Assembly: GCA_012295275.1 (NCBI GenBank)
Contig: CM022665.1
Location: 47,058,001-47,122,000 of the forward strand
Length of the DNA: 64,000 nt
Direction: 5' to 3'
Origin: Chrysomallon squamiferum
Lineage: Eukaryota; Animalia; Mollusca
The notes under the pieces were generated by a model. The model saw nothing but the letters and a program-made list of their open reading frames with translations. It did no database searches and was not told where the DNA came from. Positions 39,050 to 53,035 of the stretch are shown in pieces. The stretch's first letter is position 1; each line of letters opens with the position of its first letter. The position numbers were made by a program, and so were the translations under genes.

Positions 39050-39425
39050 CAGCGAGAGAAATGAAGTTACAAAAAGTTAAAACAGACTAGAGAGAGATGA
39101 AGTTGTAAAAAGTTAAAACAGACTTGAGAGAGAAATGAAGTTATAAAAACGTGATAACGGACTAGAGAGAGAGAAATGAAGTTATAAAAACGTGATAACG
39201 GATTAGAGAGAGAGAAATGAAGTTATAAAAAGTGAAAACAGACAACAGAGAAAAATGAAGTTATAAAAAGTGAAAACAGACTAGAGAGAAATGAAGTTAT
39301 AAAAAATTAAAACAGTCTACAGAGAAAATGAAGATATAAAAAAGTTAAAACAGAGAAATGAAGTTATAAAAAATTAAAACAGTCTACAGAGAAATGAAGT
39401 AATAAAAAGTTAGAACAAGACTAGA
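39050..39425. repeat. ~35-bp purine-rich minisatellite, ~10 copies
   Basis: Unit ~AGAGAAATGAAGTTATAAAAAGTTAAAACAGACTAG. Confidence 0.9.
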
Positions 39426-40559
39426 GGAAAAAGGAATTTCTAATTGTTCAGTATGAACCGATGCCAACTGTTGTTATTAAACAGCGCCAGCGAGTCTCGC
39501 TGAGTAATACACTTACTTCCACGTGAAGTTGCTGTCAGCCTACAACACAGTCAATGCAGAAGAGATTATAAATTTAAAAAAGAATAAAAATAAAAATAAT
39601 AAAAAATAAAAAACCAAGAAACAGAATATTTTTTTTCTCTTAGCTTAATATGTTCATATGCCGCTGGGTTTTGCAATTTGTATTGAAGAAATTCAAAAAT
39701 ACATCCTTTATGTGAATGAGAATTTCCAGTTCAAAGCTTTAATACTGAATGACACCTCTAGCTATGTGTGAATCTCATTCGATAATTTGTTTAATATTCT
39801 TTTTTATATTATTATAGTTTTTTTTTTTTTTTTTTTTTTTCGTTTTTAGAAGCAGTTTATCAATAACGATTACGATAATGATAATGACGACGAACCTAGT
39901 GATTTTATGTGGTAGTAGTTTCAGCGTTGTTAGTTAAAATATTTGGAAAATATATTTTTCGTTTTAGTTTCACACAATAAAATTGTCGTTAAAATTTATC
40001 AAAGAGACAATTGCGAAGATTGATAGTAACAAATGCAGCAATAGCAAAATCGTGACGACAAAAATATTACTGAAATAATAATTATATAGAACAACAGTGC
40101 TAGCAATGACAGTTAAGAGTTACCGATGATGATGATGATGATGATGCTGACAATAATAATAATAATAATGATGATGATGATGATGATGATGATGATATTT
40201 CGAAGTAATGACAAACCATTATGTGTATGGCGTTTTTTCTTTATGCGCTTGTTTCCTTACTATTTAGACTTAACAAAGAAATCTCATTTTCTGTTTTGAA
40301 TAAAGGAAGATATTAATAACTTACATTATACACGTTAGAAAAGAAGAACAAGAAGAAAAAACCAGTCTTTGAACTAACTGTATTATATTACATAGCCTGC
40401 GTTTGTTCACTTTCATCTTTTCTTTACGTGGTTTTTCTTGTAATGTTTTCCTGGGAATAATTAAATGTCACCAATTCCAGATCAGATATTTTCAGTTATT
40501 GTGACCTGTCATTTTACATAATGTACTATTTCAGGAGAATAAAATTCTTATTTTGATTA

Positions 40560-41259
40560 GCACAACCACAACCACAGCTGCTACTACCACTGCAACTACT
40601 ACTACTACTACTGCTACTACTGCTAATACTACTATTACTACTACCACTTACTAGTATTACTACTACCTTTACTGCCACTATTACTATTACAACTACTGCT
40701 ATTACTACTACAATTCTGCTAAAACTATTACTTCCACGACTATTATTACTATTACTACCACTACTACTGCTACTATGATTATTGCTACTACTAAGAGCTA
40801 CAACTACAGCTACTACTGCAGTTAGTATTACTACTGCTACTACCACTGCTCTGGTACCACTAGAATACACAACAACATCAACACTATACCAAACAACAAC
40901 TACTATTTTTGTTATGCCACCATAATTACTGCTGGTGCTAACACAACTACTACGACTCCGGCTGCAACTGTTACTGCTATGGTGCCGTTGCTTTGCAGAA
41001 ACATCATCACAGTCACAGCTGTTGTGATTATTTATTACTGTTGTTGTTAATGTTTCTAATGTTATTGTTATTATTATTATTGTTATTATCATCATCATCA
41101 TCATCATCATCATCATTAATATTGTTATCACGATCGTTATCATTATCATTATTATCATTATTAGTATCATTACAATCAGTTATTATTATTAGCATCATCA
41201 TAATCACAATTATTATGATTATCTATTATTGTTTCTGTTGTTAATATTACGAATGTCAC

Positions 41260-41299
<40 letters not shown>

Positions 41300-41379
41300 T
41301 TCATTATTAGTATCATCACAATCACAATTATTATGATTATCTATTATTATTTCTGTTGTTAATATTACTAATGTCATAT

Positions 41380-41410
<31 letters not shown>

Positions 41411-41475
41411 TATTATTACTATTATTACTATTATTGTTATTGTTATTGTTTTTAACATCATTACTATTATCACCG
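40560..41475. repeat. Degenerate triplet (ACT/ATT/ATC) low-complexity block
   Basis: Directly visible; similar blocks at 28240-28410 and 49155-49395. Confidence 0.85.
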
Positions 41476-41864
41476 AATTAACCAAGGGTCTTGTCTGTCT
41501 GTCCAGTGTTAGTTTGTTTTCAAAACACCCTCACAGTTTGAGCTGTTTGGGAACTCGGATCACGTCGTTCATTCACGGGGAAACATCGGGTTAATGAAAT
41601 CACCATTTTAACCGCGAGTACCAGATACGACCTGGATAACTCGGCGTGATCTAATTACCTAATCATTTCGTGACAATCTACATACAATTACTTCCTCGTG
41701 ATTCGTGACAGAAGCGAAAAAAAACAACAACAACAAGGGGCGGTTCTAGACATTTTACAGCACGGTAAGGTGGGGGGGGGTCCGAGTTGGCAGTTTTGAG
41801 GTTGTTTTTTTTTTTTTTTTTTTTTTTTTGTGACGATACAACATTAAGATTTTAAAACGTGCGC

Positions 41865-41943
<79 letters not shown>

Positions 41944-42163
41944 GAATTTATTTTCTAAACATGTAACGTTGCTAAAGCATCGTGTAGTGAGTAGTAGTAG
42001 TAGTAGTAGCAGTAGTTACTAAAACGTTGCTAATATAACTTAAGCTAAGCACGAATCTAGTAAAGGAAAGCTTGGGATTCAGAACCTAAGACAGCTACTT
42101 GATACAAGCGTGTTTAGAATAGTCATTAACGTACTAGTTTTGTACAGACGTTATTATCATTAT

Positions 42164-42197
<34 letters not shown>

Positions 42198-42200
42198 CTT

Positions 42201-42231
<31 letters not shown>

Positions 42232-43600
42232 TTATTATTATTATTACTATTATTATTATTATTTGTATAATAAGATTAGAAATTAAAACAAACTGTACAG
42301 ATTACATTTAGTCTAAAAATTAATCTACAGAATCAAAAGAATAGAGTTTCACCGTCATTTTATTTTAACATCATTAAAAACTAACGATGTTAGATTGGAA
42401 ATTAAATTAAAATAAGTGTTAAAAGAAGAAAGAAAGAATTTGAAAATCAATAATAATAAAAAAAAAAAAACCAAGAATAACCACATGAGGTTTCAATCGC
42501 GGCTCCGTAATAAGGATGGAATTTCTGCTAAATAATAATAATAATAAATTAAATAAATAAATAAAATTAAACTGAACTGAATTAAATTAAATTAAATTAA
42601 ATTAAATAATTAAATAATTAAATTAAATTGAATTAAATTAAATAATAAAATAAAATAAAATAAAATAAAATAAAATAAAATAAAATTAATAATTTAAAAA
42701 AAAACCTGCAAATTTAATCTTCTATTTAATTCTGAAAGCAGTAATTATCTTTTTATGTTTTTAATTATTTCTCTTTTTAGTTTTATTTATTTATTCATTT
42801 ATTTATTCATTCATTTATTTATTTGTTCTGGATATTTTGTACACGGTATTTATTTATTTTTAATTTTTCTTTGATCCCACTGATTAAGTGGTGTACCTGT
42901 AAGTTTAATTACTTAAACGCTACCTGACTTTTAATTACGACTTCTGTTAATTGAATCAGCTGTTAAAATCTTCATCCGAGCTTTCTTCTCACTGCAGCGA
43001 ATTACGTGTCAGAAACTCCTGACTGGAAAGTGTGTCAAGGGATGGTAAACAGGCCTAGAAAAACATGTTTTCAGCACGAACATTTATCATTCACGTGACC
43101 TCACGGCGATCAAAAAAAAAAAAAAAAAAAAAAATGAAAAAGAAAATTCAAAAAAAAAAAAAAAAGAAAGACGAATGAGATAAAAGAAAAAAACGAAAAA
43201 CAAAAACAAAAACAAAAAAAAAAAAAAACAGTTAGAAGATAATGAGAGAAAAGAAAAATAATAAAAGTTAGAAAGAAGAAAAAGAAAAGAAAAATTGAAA
43301 AAGAAAAAAGTCGATAATAAACAAGATCAAATTTCAGGATGTTTTTTTTTTTTTTTATTTTTATTTTTTTTAGAGTTTGCCAAATAATCAGAAATTTAAA
43401 AATTCGGCAGCTTGTTTTCAGAAAAGTCCAGACGACGTATGTCGAGCATTTTATATTAAAAGATAATTCTAAGTTAATAATCATTCACAGGTTTTAGCGT
43501 TAGCGTTAGGTTAGCGTTAGCAAAAGGATACGAATTGGCAGTCAGTAGGGTTAGGGTTAACAATATGCTTAGGGTCAGGGTTATAGTTAGTTAGGTTTAG

Positions 43601-43795
43601 GTCCATGGATCAATCCTCCTTGATACAGTATTTAGACTATATCCCGTTCCAAACAGCACCCCATTTCCAAAGCAAAGTAATCATCTTTTTTTTCTTACCC
43701 TGTTTTTTTGAAAGAGCATGTACTGACGTAAAAGAACTCTTGCATATGTCATAAAGTGATGACAGCGGTTTTCTTCTCTCGTTTCTTTAACATAC
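43601..43795 (+). mobile_element. Degenerate tRNA-derived SINE fragment
   Basis: CCCGTTCCAAACAG, GTAAAAGAACTCTTGC and GACAGCGGTTTTCTTCTCTC resemble gastropod SINE cores (recalled). The core CC(C/A)TTCCA..CAG recurs near 44360 and 48331. Confidence 0.35.
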
Positions 43796-44274
43796 AGAAA
43801 ACTATATTTGATATTATTATAAACTGAACGGTCATCTATCATCTTCAATCATTTTTTCTTCTTTTCTTCTTCTTTTTTCTTCTTTATCATCATCATCATC
43901 GAGTTAACTGTTTTTATTAATAATAATAATAATGAGAAAGAACAAAAAAAAAGTAATTTAGCGGTCTGTAATTATTTAGATTTGCTAAGACTTCCTAATT
44001 ACAGCGTTTATGAACCAAAAAAAAAGAAAGAAGAAATCTGCTCATCTCGTGCAGTGTTTGTGCTGTGAAATGTCAAGTCTTGTGTTTGGAAAAGTCGCGC
44101 TAAGTTGCAGGTTTCTCATTAGTTAGACAAACATGCTGTGTGTCTTCATAAAACACCGCGCTCGCTGTCGGTCGTCCGTGGACAAACAGTTACGAGATAA
44201 AACGTGTCTGTGACCAGAAAGGGTTAATTAACGAACGCTGTTGACGCTTTCGTGCAGTCGGATCTGAAATAACG

Positions 44275-44400
44275 CCAGTCCTGTGGTTAGAGCATTCGCT
44301 ACAGGAGTGACGGGTTAGCTCGATCGATTGACTCCCACGTGAGTTGTGCACCATTTCTCCATTCCAGCCAGTTTTTCCTCAAGACTGATTATTTAAATGC
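44275..44400 (+). mobile_element. Degenerate SINE head fragment
   Basis: A-box-like GTGGTTAGAGCATTCGC, then CGATCGAT, then the core CCATTCCAGCCAG. Confidence 0.35.
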
Positions 44401-46211
44401 TGTTCTCTGGGTTTTCCAACCTACGGGAAGGTTGCATATAGGTTGGCTGATCATTTATAACTATTACGTTTAATACTGTTTTCTTTTTTGAGTTACTTTG
44501 TACTTCTTGTACTTCTCTTGTACTTCTCTGAATCTACGTCATCGTAAATACTCAACTTTTTAATATATAATAATAAAAGTGAAAATCAGTACATACATAC
44601 ATATATGCATACATATACAAACACATACATATTTAAATACTTACATACATAGATGGCACATAAACTCAGGTAATACAAGCAGACCAGCATACAAACATAA
44701 TTCGTACGTACATATATATATATATACACATATTTTTTTTCTTTCTTCTTCTTCTGAATAATATTTATAATCTTTTGACATCTGTTGTCGTCGGTAATCT
44801 AATACATATTAAACACGACCCAAAATAGCTTAATTGTTATACAGCAGTGTGTTTGTTAAACAATTAAATAACTAGGACAGTGCAAGCTGTTACGAACATG
44901 ACACGAAACTGTGACGTAACACTCACTGTCTCGTGACCTACTGAAGTTAATCAAACAGTGTCGTAGAATACAGAGATCGTATTGAACACTGATATATCAC
45001 AGTGTTGTACTGGACGTGAAATACAGAGAGTAAATCTAAGCAGTATTTAACTGACGATACTGGAAATACCATATTTTAACAAATAACGTAGACACGTACA
45101 GTGACTTTTTAGAATGACGAGGTTGTAACGTTTAACTGAATCGTTATAGATTTTTATTTCGTTATTTATTTTTATATTACATTCTCTTAACTTTCTTTTA
45201 TCTTTTACTTTCTTTTTTTTTTTTTTTTTTTCTTTTCTCACTTTTCCTTTCCTTCTTTTCTTTTCCTTTATTATTTCTTTCTTTTATCTTTCCTTTCTTT
45301 TTTCTTTTCTTTCACTTTTTGTTTTTTTCTTTATTTCTTTTCTTTTCTTCTTTACCTTATTTTCTTTCATTCTTTCTTTCTTTTTTCTTTTCTTTTTACC
45401 TTTTGAACTGCCTAAATGCCTTTGTTACTGATGTACAATATACTAAAGACAAATCGAGTAATGATAAAAAAAAAATCCTTTTTAAAAATGGTAATAAATA
45501 AATAAATAAATCAGTTTAACTTACACTCTGAAGAGAGTGCTGTTTCGCAAATCAAAGTATTTAGTGTCATCCGCAAACATCTTAAATTCTCCGCGGAATC
45601 ATATTCTCTTCAACTGTAGGATGAAGATTTAAAACACGCGTTCTCCTGCTGAAAGTGTGCTTTTTACATATCATAACACTTTTTGATAACAGACATGAAT
45701 AACGTTCTCGTCTGCTAGCAAAACTTTATCATCGGAAATTACTTTTTTATTTGTTGCCGTTTTTTTTTTCTTGCAGATGTTTTGCAATAAAACAAACATG
45801 AACTTATCTGAAAAAAAGTATCTCTTTGAAAGAGGTTTGGATTTATATTACGAATAATGTGACGTACTTCTACTAAATATTTCATTTTTTTCCTCACAAA
45901 TCTCTCATTTACGAAAAACGTAAAGCATGAACGATGTGACCTCTGTTTTTGCTCCTTCGTTTTAAATTTGAAAACCGTTTAGGCGTCTGAAATGAAATAA
46001 TACGTTCTTAATACGGTTTTATTAAACTATTGCTTCTTAAGACATTTCGATGAAAGGCATAAAGTATAAACAGTTATCTTAGTTATAAACTGCTGCTAAA
46101 ATGACTCGTTCTCGATACTTCCAGAAATAGGAAAGGATTTACTTTTCTGTTATCAAAGATCGAACTCTTGAATCGTTTAAACTGAATGTATATTTTCTTC
46201 TTGAATCGTTT

Positions 46212-46498
46212 AAAGTGAATATGGTGTCACGGTGTTTCTTAAAGTCAAGCTGACGTCACGGTGTTTCTTCTTGGACTGTTTTAAAGTGAATATGACGTCA
46301 CGGTGTTTCTTAAAGTGAATATGATGTCGTGGTGTTTCTTAAAGTGAATATGACGTCACTTTGTTTCTTCTTGGACTGTTTCAAAGTGAATATGACGTCA
46401 CGGTGTTTCTTAAAGTGAATATGTCGTCACGGTGTTTCTTAAAATGAATATGACGTCACGGTGTTTCTTAAAGTAAATATGACGTCAGGGTGTTTCTT
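46212..46498. repeat. 29-bp minisatellite x9 carrying CRE palindromes
   Basis: Unit AAAGTGAATATGACGTCACGGTGTTTCTT; two units have a 13-nt CTTGGACTGTTT(T/C) extension. Confidence 0.92.
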
Positions 46499-47567
46499 CT
46501 TCACATCGATCGAGTTCCCAGCGGGCAGCGCGACACGACATCTTCGCGGCTCCAAAACATTGAAAGAAAGGAAATGCCAAGAAGTCTTAATTCATTCTCT
46601 GTTTATGCGGTCACTGAGGAATAGGCCGGACCGGCAGAATCGTCAATAGCGTGTTTCGTGGGCGGATCTGAGGAAAGAGGGAACCCGTGGAGAACCTCAC
46701 CTAACTGCTGCCGACCGAGTTTCCTTTTCTTTATCCGCAGTCAACTCGATTCATCTTCAAAAGATGAACGCACGTTGATTCGATGTCTGCTCGTCCGTTT
46801 TTACTGAACTTCTGGATTCGTTCCATTGTGCACGTGTTAAATCTCTCTTCAGACATCCTGAAGCGCTCGTGTAATCGTTTTCGTTGTAAAGAACAGACGT
46901 GATTTTCAAACTGTTGCGGAGCGTTTCTTCGTGATATTTGTTAATCGCAGGTCTGGATGTAAGACGCTGAACACAAGAACTTCCTAAACACAGTATGGAA
47001 ACGTTTCACGGTGAAATTCAAACCGATTTGAAATTTCTCCAAAGCAAACAGAACGAATTAAACTATTACGTATGGTGAGATTTTTTTACTTTAACCAGAG
47101 AGCGAACAAGCTCTTAACAACAGCTGCTACAACCACTGCTACAACCACTGCTACAACGACTACATTCAGAATTAGCCATTATAACCCAATCAAGAAAAAA
47201 AAAAAAAAAAAAAAACACAATACATCCTATAAAAGACAGATAACTGATTATTCACGAAAATTTAAAGTACATGTTGGCAGAAAAAAAAAAAAAAAAAAGG
47301 GAGAACATTTGTGTTATAATTGTGAAAATAACTATCGTACGATGTATATTATTATACCGGCTGTACGGACTTTTAAAAAAAACTACAACTGTAATTTTTT
47401 ATTTTTTCATTTTTTTTTTTTTTTTTTTTTTTTTTGTCTTTTAATAATAGACATGCACGTATGTGTAATCCCACGATACACAAAATCCAATATACATCTT
47501 ACAAATGGTTACATTTGACATTTCAGCACACTGGCTGCACGTACACATAACTGTATAAACACTTAAA

Positions 47568-47950
47568 CAGGGGCGGGTCCAGGCCGGGGTCTAGGGGGTA
47601 ATAATAGTCTAGGGTAGTTGTTAATAGTAATAATAAGTAATAATGATTTAATAATAATAATAATAATAATAATAATAGTAATAAGTAATAATAATAATAA
47701 TAATAGTAATAGTAATAACAGTAATAATAATAATAATAATAAATAATAAGTGATAATAATAATAATTATCTGTAATAAAGTTTAGTAGTAATTTGTTGTT
47801 AACAAATCATTCTAATACTAGTAATGTTTATGGATAAAAAGGTGTTGCAGATTTGTAAAAATTTTCATCCACGTTTATTTTGGTATAAAAATTTTCATCC
47901 ATCTTCAAACCTCCAGAACTCCAGAACTGCAGGACCCCGCCCTAGATTTG
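47568..47950. mobile_element. Decayed CAGGGGCGGATCCAG-type MITE with (AAT)n core; related end fragments near 29480, 41737, 49002, 58681 and 59981
   Basis: Left end CAGGGGCGGGTCCAGG, right end GACCCCGCCCTAGAT; similar GC-rich termini recur in the window. Confidence 0.35.
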
Positions 47951-48509
47951 TTACCACTTAGTCTTAACTGATCACTGAACACGTACACCGTTTCGAATTT
48001 TTGGAATTTCGCGAAGGTCACTTGTGAACTCGAGTTGTGCGATTACTTTCTGTACTTAACATTTCAAAGATTTCTCTTTGGAAACGTGATTCTTTCTTCC
48101 ATCTTCTGCCAGACTCAAAACCTTCTTTGCAGGGTCAACAGGTGGAGGGAAAAAAACAAACGAAAATAAAATAAAATAAAATAAAAAACGTGATCTATAC
48201 ATAGCCATTCTTTTTTACACGTACAGAAACTTTTAGATGGAATTTTTATTATTATTATTATTATTATTAATATTATTATTATTATTTTGTGTCTCTTTTA
48301 TGTCCCCTATATTAGAAATACACATCAGTTCCCGTTCCAACCAGTACCGTTCATCTTACAAAGCCCAGAGTTTGTGCTGTCTTGTCTATAAAATATTTCT
48401 TAGTTGACAGTCCCCGGAAAAGCAATGTTTAAAGCGACTGCAGCGACATTTCTCAAACACCAGTTAAGCATAACGTTAACGTCAAAACACTGACATATCG
48501 TAAAAGAAA

Positions 48510-48611
48510 CATTATCTGGAACGACAAACAGCTGTATTAGTCCACCGACGAGAACTGATCCAGCAATTCAAACACTCGTCAGTCAATCAGCAATCAACGA
48601 CTGAGCTAAAG
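48510..48611 (-). mobile_element. Degenerate SINE head fragment
   Basis: Minus strand reads TTTAGCTCAGTCG (A-box-like)...GGATC...GTCGGTGGAC. Confidence 0.3.
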
Positions 48612-49346
48612 ACAACTCTTAAATATGTTCTTCATCCGATTCTTTTACTTGTGATTTTACTCTTTAAGTAGAAGATCTATAGTTAATTTTGTCCTACATC
48701 AATTTATCTTTTTTTTTTTTTTTTTTTTTTTTTTATCATATTTTTCTTTTTTTTAAATTTTTTTAATTTTCTTTTTATGAATATATCTGTCTGGCATTTT
48801 CTGTTTAAATGAGTTTGTTGAAATAAAAGTGTCTGTAAAGCCCGCTATCTGTTTCTACATCAAACGGCTTTCAGAGATAATGCGTTGACAAATGTCTTCT
48901 ATATTAGTCTCCAGACTGAGAGCGACATTAAAAGAAAACCACCGCATTGTGATTCTGCTCACTTATCACCTGCAGTCTCAGTCTCTCTCTCTTAATCAAG
49001 TCAGGCGCGGATCCAGGATATTTTTTATAGGGGTGTACGACTGTCTGGATCACCGGGTAGTATTACAAGAGATGAATCATTTGAAACGTACACTTGTGTG
49101 TAACCTTTGATTATTTTTATATTTTAATTTTTTTTTTTACGGCCTATTGGTACATCAACAGCAACAACAACAACAACAACTACTACTACAACTGCAACTA
49201 CTACAGCAACTGCCACTACAACAACTACAGAAACTACCACTACTGCAACTACAGTTACAACTAATACAGCAACAACAACTACCACTACAAATACAAAAGC
49301 AACTACAAATACAAAATCAACGTCTACTACTACAACTACAGTAGCA

Positions 49347-49377
<31 letters not shown>

Positions 49378-49951
49378 TAACAGCAACAACTGCCACGTCT
49401 AACTCAGAAATACGTGTTTTTCGTGGTTGAAGTGCATTTACTTGTCCCAGCCCTGAATCTCTGCCCTTTTAATTCTGTGACAAACTGCACAGCAGACGAC
49501 TTTAAACACTGGTAAACATCTTATTTTCATTTCACGTCGAGGCCGAGGTAGACACAAACGTTACACGATGACCTCATTTTTTTTTTAATAATAATCAGTT
49601 ACATGGAGGTGTCACTGGGTGCATAAATGATTGTCGTCGTCGATGTCGTTACCATTTTCACCTCACGAAATTCCTGCCAGAACCCCACTGGTATTTGACA
49701 ACAACAAACAACATCAACAACAACAAAAAATGGTGTGATATTTTATACTGTATGCTTCTGATAAACCTCTGCCTGAACGGAACCGTTTGCATGTAGGCCT
49801 ATATAACAACAACACAAACAGCTTACGTGTTTTCAGGTCTGTTCTGACATACACACTTCTTACTGGCAAGAACAGCCCTATATAACAAGAACACAAACAA
49901 CTTGCGTGTTTCTATATCAGTTCTGATGCTGCAGGCATGTTTCTTCTCTAC

Positions 49952-49990
<39 letters not shown>

Positions 49991-50314
49991 CATCTAATTA
50001 ATAAGAGCAAGCCGTGAAAAAGATGGCTGAATATTTCCTCTCTTATATCATCATCATCATCATCATAATCATCACCATCATTAAAAAATCATGAATGTTG
50101 TTTTATCGTTAAACAGACATTTTATTAATTCATACGACTCAAGGTTAAAACGGTTTCAGCGGAATTCACCCCCAGATCCAAGCAACCAGCCAAACCAAAC
50201 CAAACCAGCCAATCCCGCTGAAAGAAACAGATAACAGCAGTGAGTCACTTGTTTACAGAACACGGGCACTGTATTCGGTTTCAGGTGTGAAGAAAAGTAG
50301 AAGTTAAACTCGTT

Positions 50315-50352
<38 letters not shown>

Positions 50353-50396
50353 CCAACTTCGTACACTCTACGATATTTCCTGTTTCTGCAGAGTAA

Positions 50397-50443
<47 letters not shown>

Positions 50444-51031
50444 AGGATGAAGTTAATAATAAACAAAAACAATATGGCTGCTTTCTGTCTGGAATTACGA
50501 ATAATCAAACAGACGATAACATCCGTTCGTTGAACTTTCGGTAAAATCTGTGTGCGCATATCATGCTTCAATAATCGTGCACTTAACAGCCCGTCTGCTG
50601 CGTTTACACTGACCTTGACCTTGTACAAACAACCTTCAGAGCCCGTGTGTGGTTATTTAACTCTGGCAATCTAAACGAGCCAAGGTCTTGAGCAATATAA
50701 ATGTAACTCGTTATAAGATGGTTGACAACGATTTGGCTTGGTAATTGAAGAAATGGCGCAAGTAATTCCAGCTCCATGCATTCGTTTGTTTTGGCCGTGT
50801 CATCTGTTTCCAAAAGTAACGTACAGTTATGCGAAGCATGTTGTTCATCTCGTGTTAATAGTGCACTGATTGTCAATGATTTATTCTCAGAAAAATATTT
50901 GAGTGATCGTTCAATCTCATTTAACAGTCCGGCATCGCCGATTATCATTCTATCATTTCTGTCTATAACAGCGTCTGACAGAGTAACGAGTTTGAATTAT
51001 TGTGTCTAACATGCAGGATAAACGACAATTA

Positions 51032-51357
51032 AGTGTGTGTGCGTGTGTCTGCATGTATGTGTGTGTGTTTGTGTGAGTATGTGTCTGTATGTGTGTGTGT
51101 GTGTGCATATGAGTAAATGTGTATGTGTGTGTGTGTATGTGTATATGAGTGGATGTGTGAGTGTATGTGTGTGTATGTATGTGTGTGTGTACGTGTCTGT
51201 GTGTTTGTGTTCACGTGTTTGTGTGTGTGCAGGTGTGTGTGTAAATATGTGTGTGTGTCTCTGTATTTGTTTTGTGTGCTTGCATAGGGGGAGAGAGACA
51301 GAGAGAGACAGAGAGAGAGAGAGATTGGGATTGGGATTGGGATTGGGATTGGGATTG
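51032..51357. repeat. Degenerate (TG)n, (GA)n and (GGGATT)x5 tract
   Basis: Directly visible. Confidence 0.9.
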
Positions 51358-51983
51358 AGAAAAACAGAGTCAGAGAGAGACGGAGAAATATAAACCAAAT
51401 TAGAAAATGAGACAGTGATATAGACAGACAGACAGACTAATGGATGGATGTCTGGACAGATACAGACATACAGACAGATAGATGGACATTATTGACACTG
51501 TATGCCAGCAGTAACACTTTAACTGTGTCTAAACCGTAGAGTCGAATTCTAAAAATAGCTTTCGTCTGTCTGTGAGTTATGGTGATCTTGAGACCAGTGT
51601 GTTCACATTTCTGTGAGACGTATCGTCAATACGAGATATCAACCTTAAACTACGAACAGCAAGAAAAATACTCACATCATTAACAGTCCACAAAGGCAAC
51701 ACGAATTGTGTTTACCAGCTGTTGTGGTGGTAGTAGTATTGTCATTTTCATTAATATCGTCGTCGTCGTCGTTCATCAGAGAATAAATAAATGTAAACTG
51801 ATCAGTATTAGGTTTCAATTGTTTTAGAATTAAAATTATTTTAAATGTCGTAAGGAAATTAAAGAGATTTACATAATATATAATCACTTTATTCTTCTTC
51901 TTTTTTTAATCTTTATTCAGATAGCATTTGTCAACTGTACATTGTTTTGTTTTTTCTCTTTAAATATAATGAATGAGAACACA

Positions 51984-52043
<60 letters not shown>

Positions 52044-52539
52044 AAAAACCTTTTTCAAACCGTGAATAAAAATAATGTAACAGTTAGCATTTGAAATCGT
52101 GGTTTAAAATTCAGAAACAATAAAATTCTATTTCACTTCAAATATTTTTAAATTTATCTCACGAAGATGAACTATTTATTTTACTCTACAGAAGTATACA
52201 GCCTGAAGCACGACTGTTAGTTACTGTGTAAGACAAACTGGCTTCTAGGCATGCACTGAACACAGCGGGCTGTGTGTGAGGTATGTGACTTGTCGCTGTG
52301 GTGTAGACACACACTGGAGGAACGTTTCAGAAGTCGGTTTCATAAATCGATGTAATTGCGTGTTGTTTGCCCTCCAGCTTTCACAGCGTAATGGGATCAA
52401 CAATCCGTTTATTTCACAAGTGAAATTTCACAATTGAAAGCAGCACTTGACTAGAATCCGAGTGTAGCATTACCACGAATACGTGTTGGGTTGTTTAGAG
52501 ATGTTTGAGTATAAACATGTAAAACACTGCATACCCGCC

Positions 52540-52588
<49 letters not shown>

Positions 52589-52618
52589 TATATACACATG
52601 CATATTCTCATAAGCACA

Positions 52619-52659
<41 letters not shown>

Positions 52660-53035
52660 GACACAGACACACAAACAGATACACAGATACACAAATATAT
52701 ACACATGCATATTCTCATACACACACACACACATATACAGACACACACACATACACACATATCTACAGATACATACAGATACACAAACCCACAGACACAC
52801 ATACACACACACAGACACACACACACACATATCTACAGATACATACAGATACACAAACCCACAGACACACATACACACACAGACACACACACACACACAT
52901 ACAGATACATAAAAATACACAAACACGTACATATGCATATTCTCATAAACACACACGCATACACACACATACACACACTTACACACACATAAACATATAC
53001 CTGTATACACACTCACACACAGACACACGCACGTA

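Noticed and set aside
40526-41485. Long Ser/Val/Ile-rich ORFs (also 6941-7491, 28182-28508, 29824-30178, 49124-49396)
   Set aside because: Triplet-repeat, low-complexity translations.
44275-44345. tRNA gene
   Set aside because: Only an A-box-like fragment; no cloverleaf or intact B-box, so treated as a SINE relic.
50368-51009. Complex-sequence ORFs of 77-114 aa
   Set aside because: No recognisable motif and no consistent splice sites; possibly an enhancer or old TE. BLASTX would settle it.
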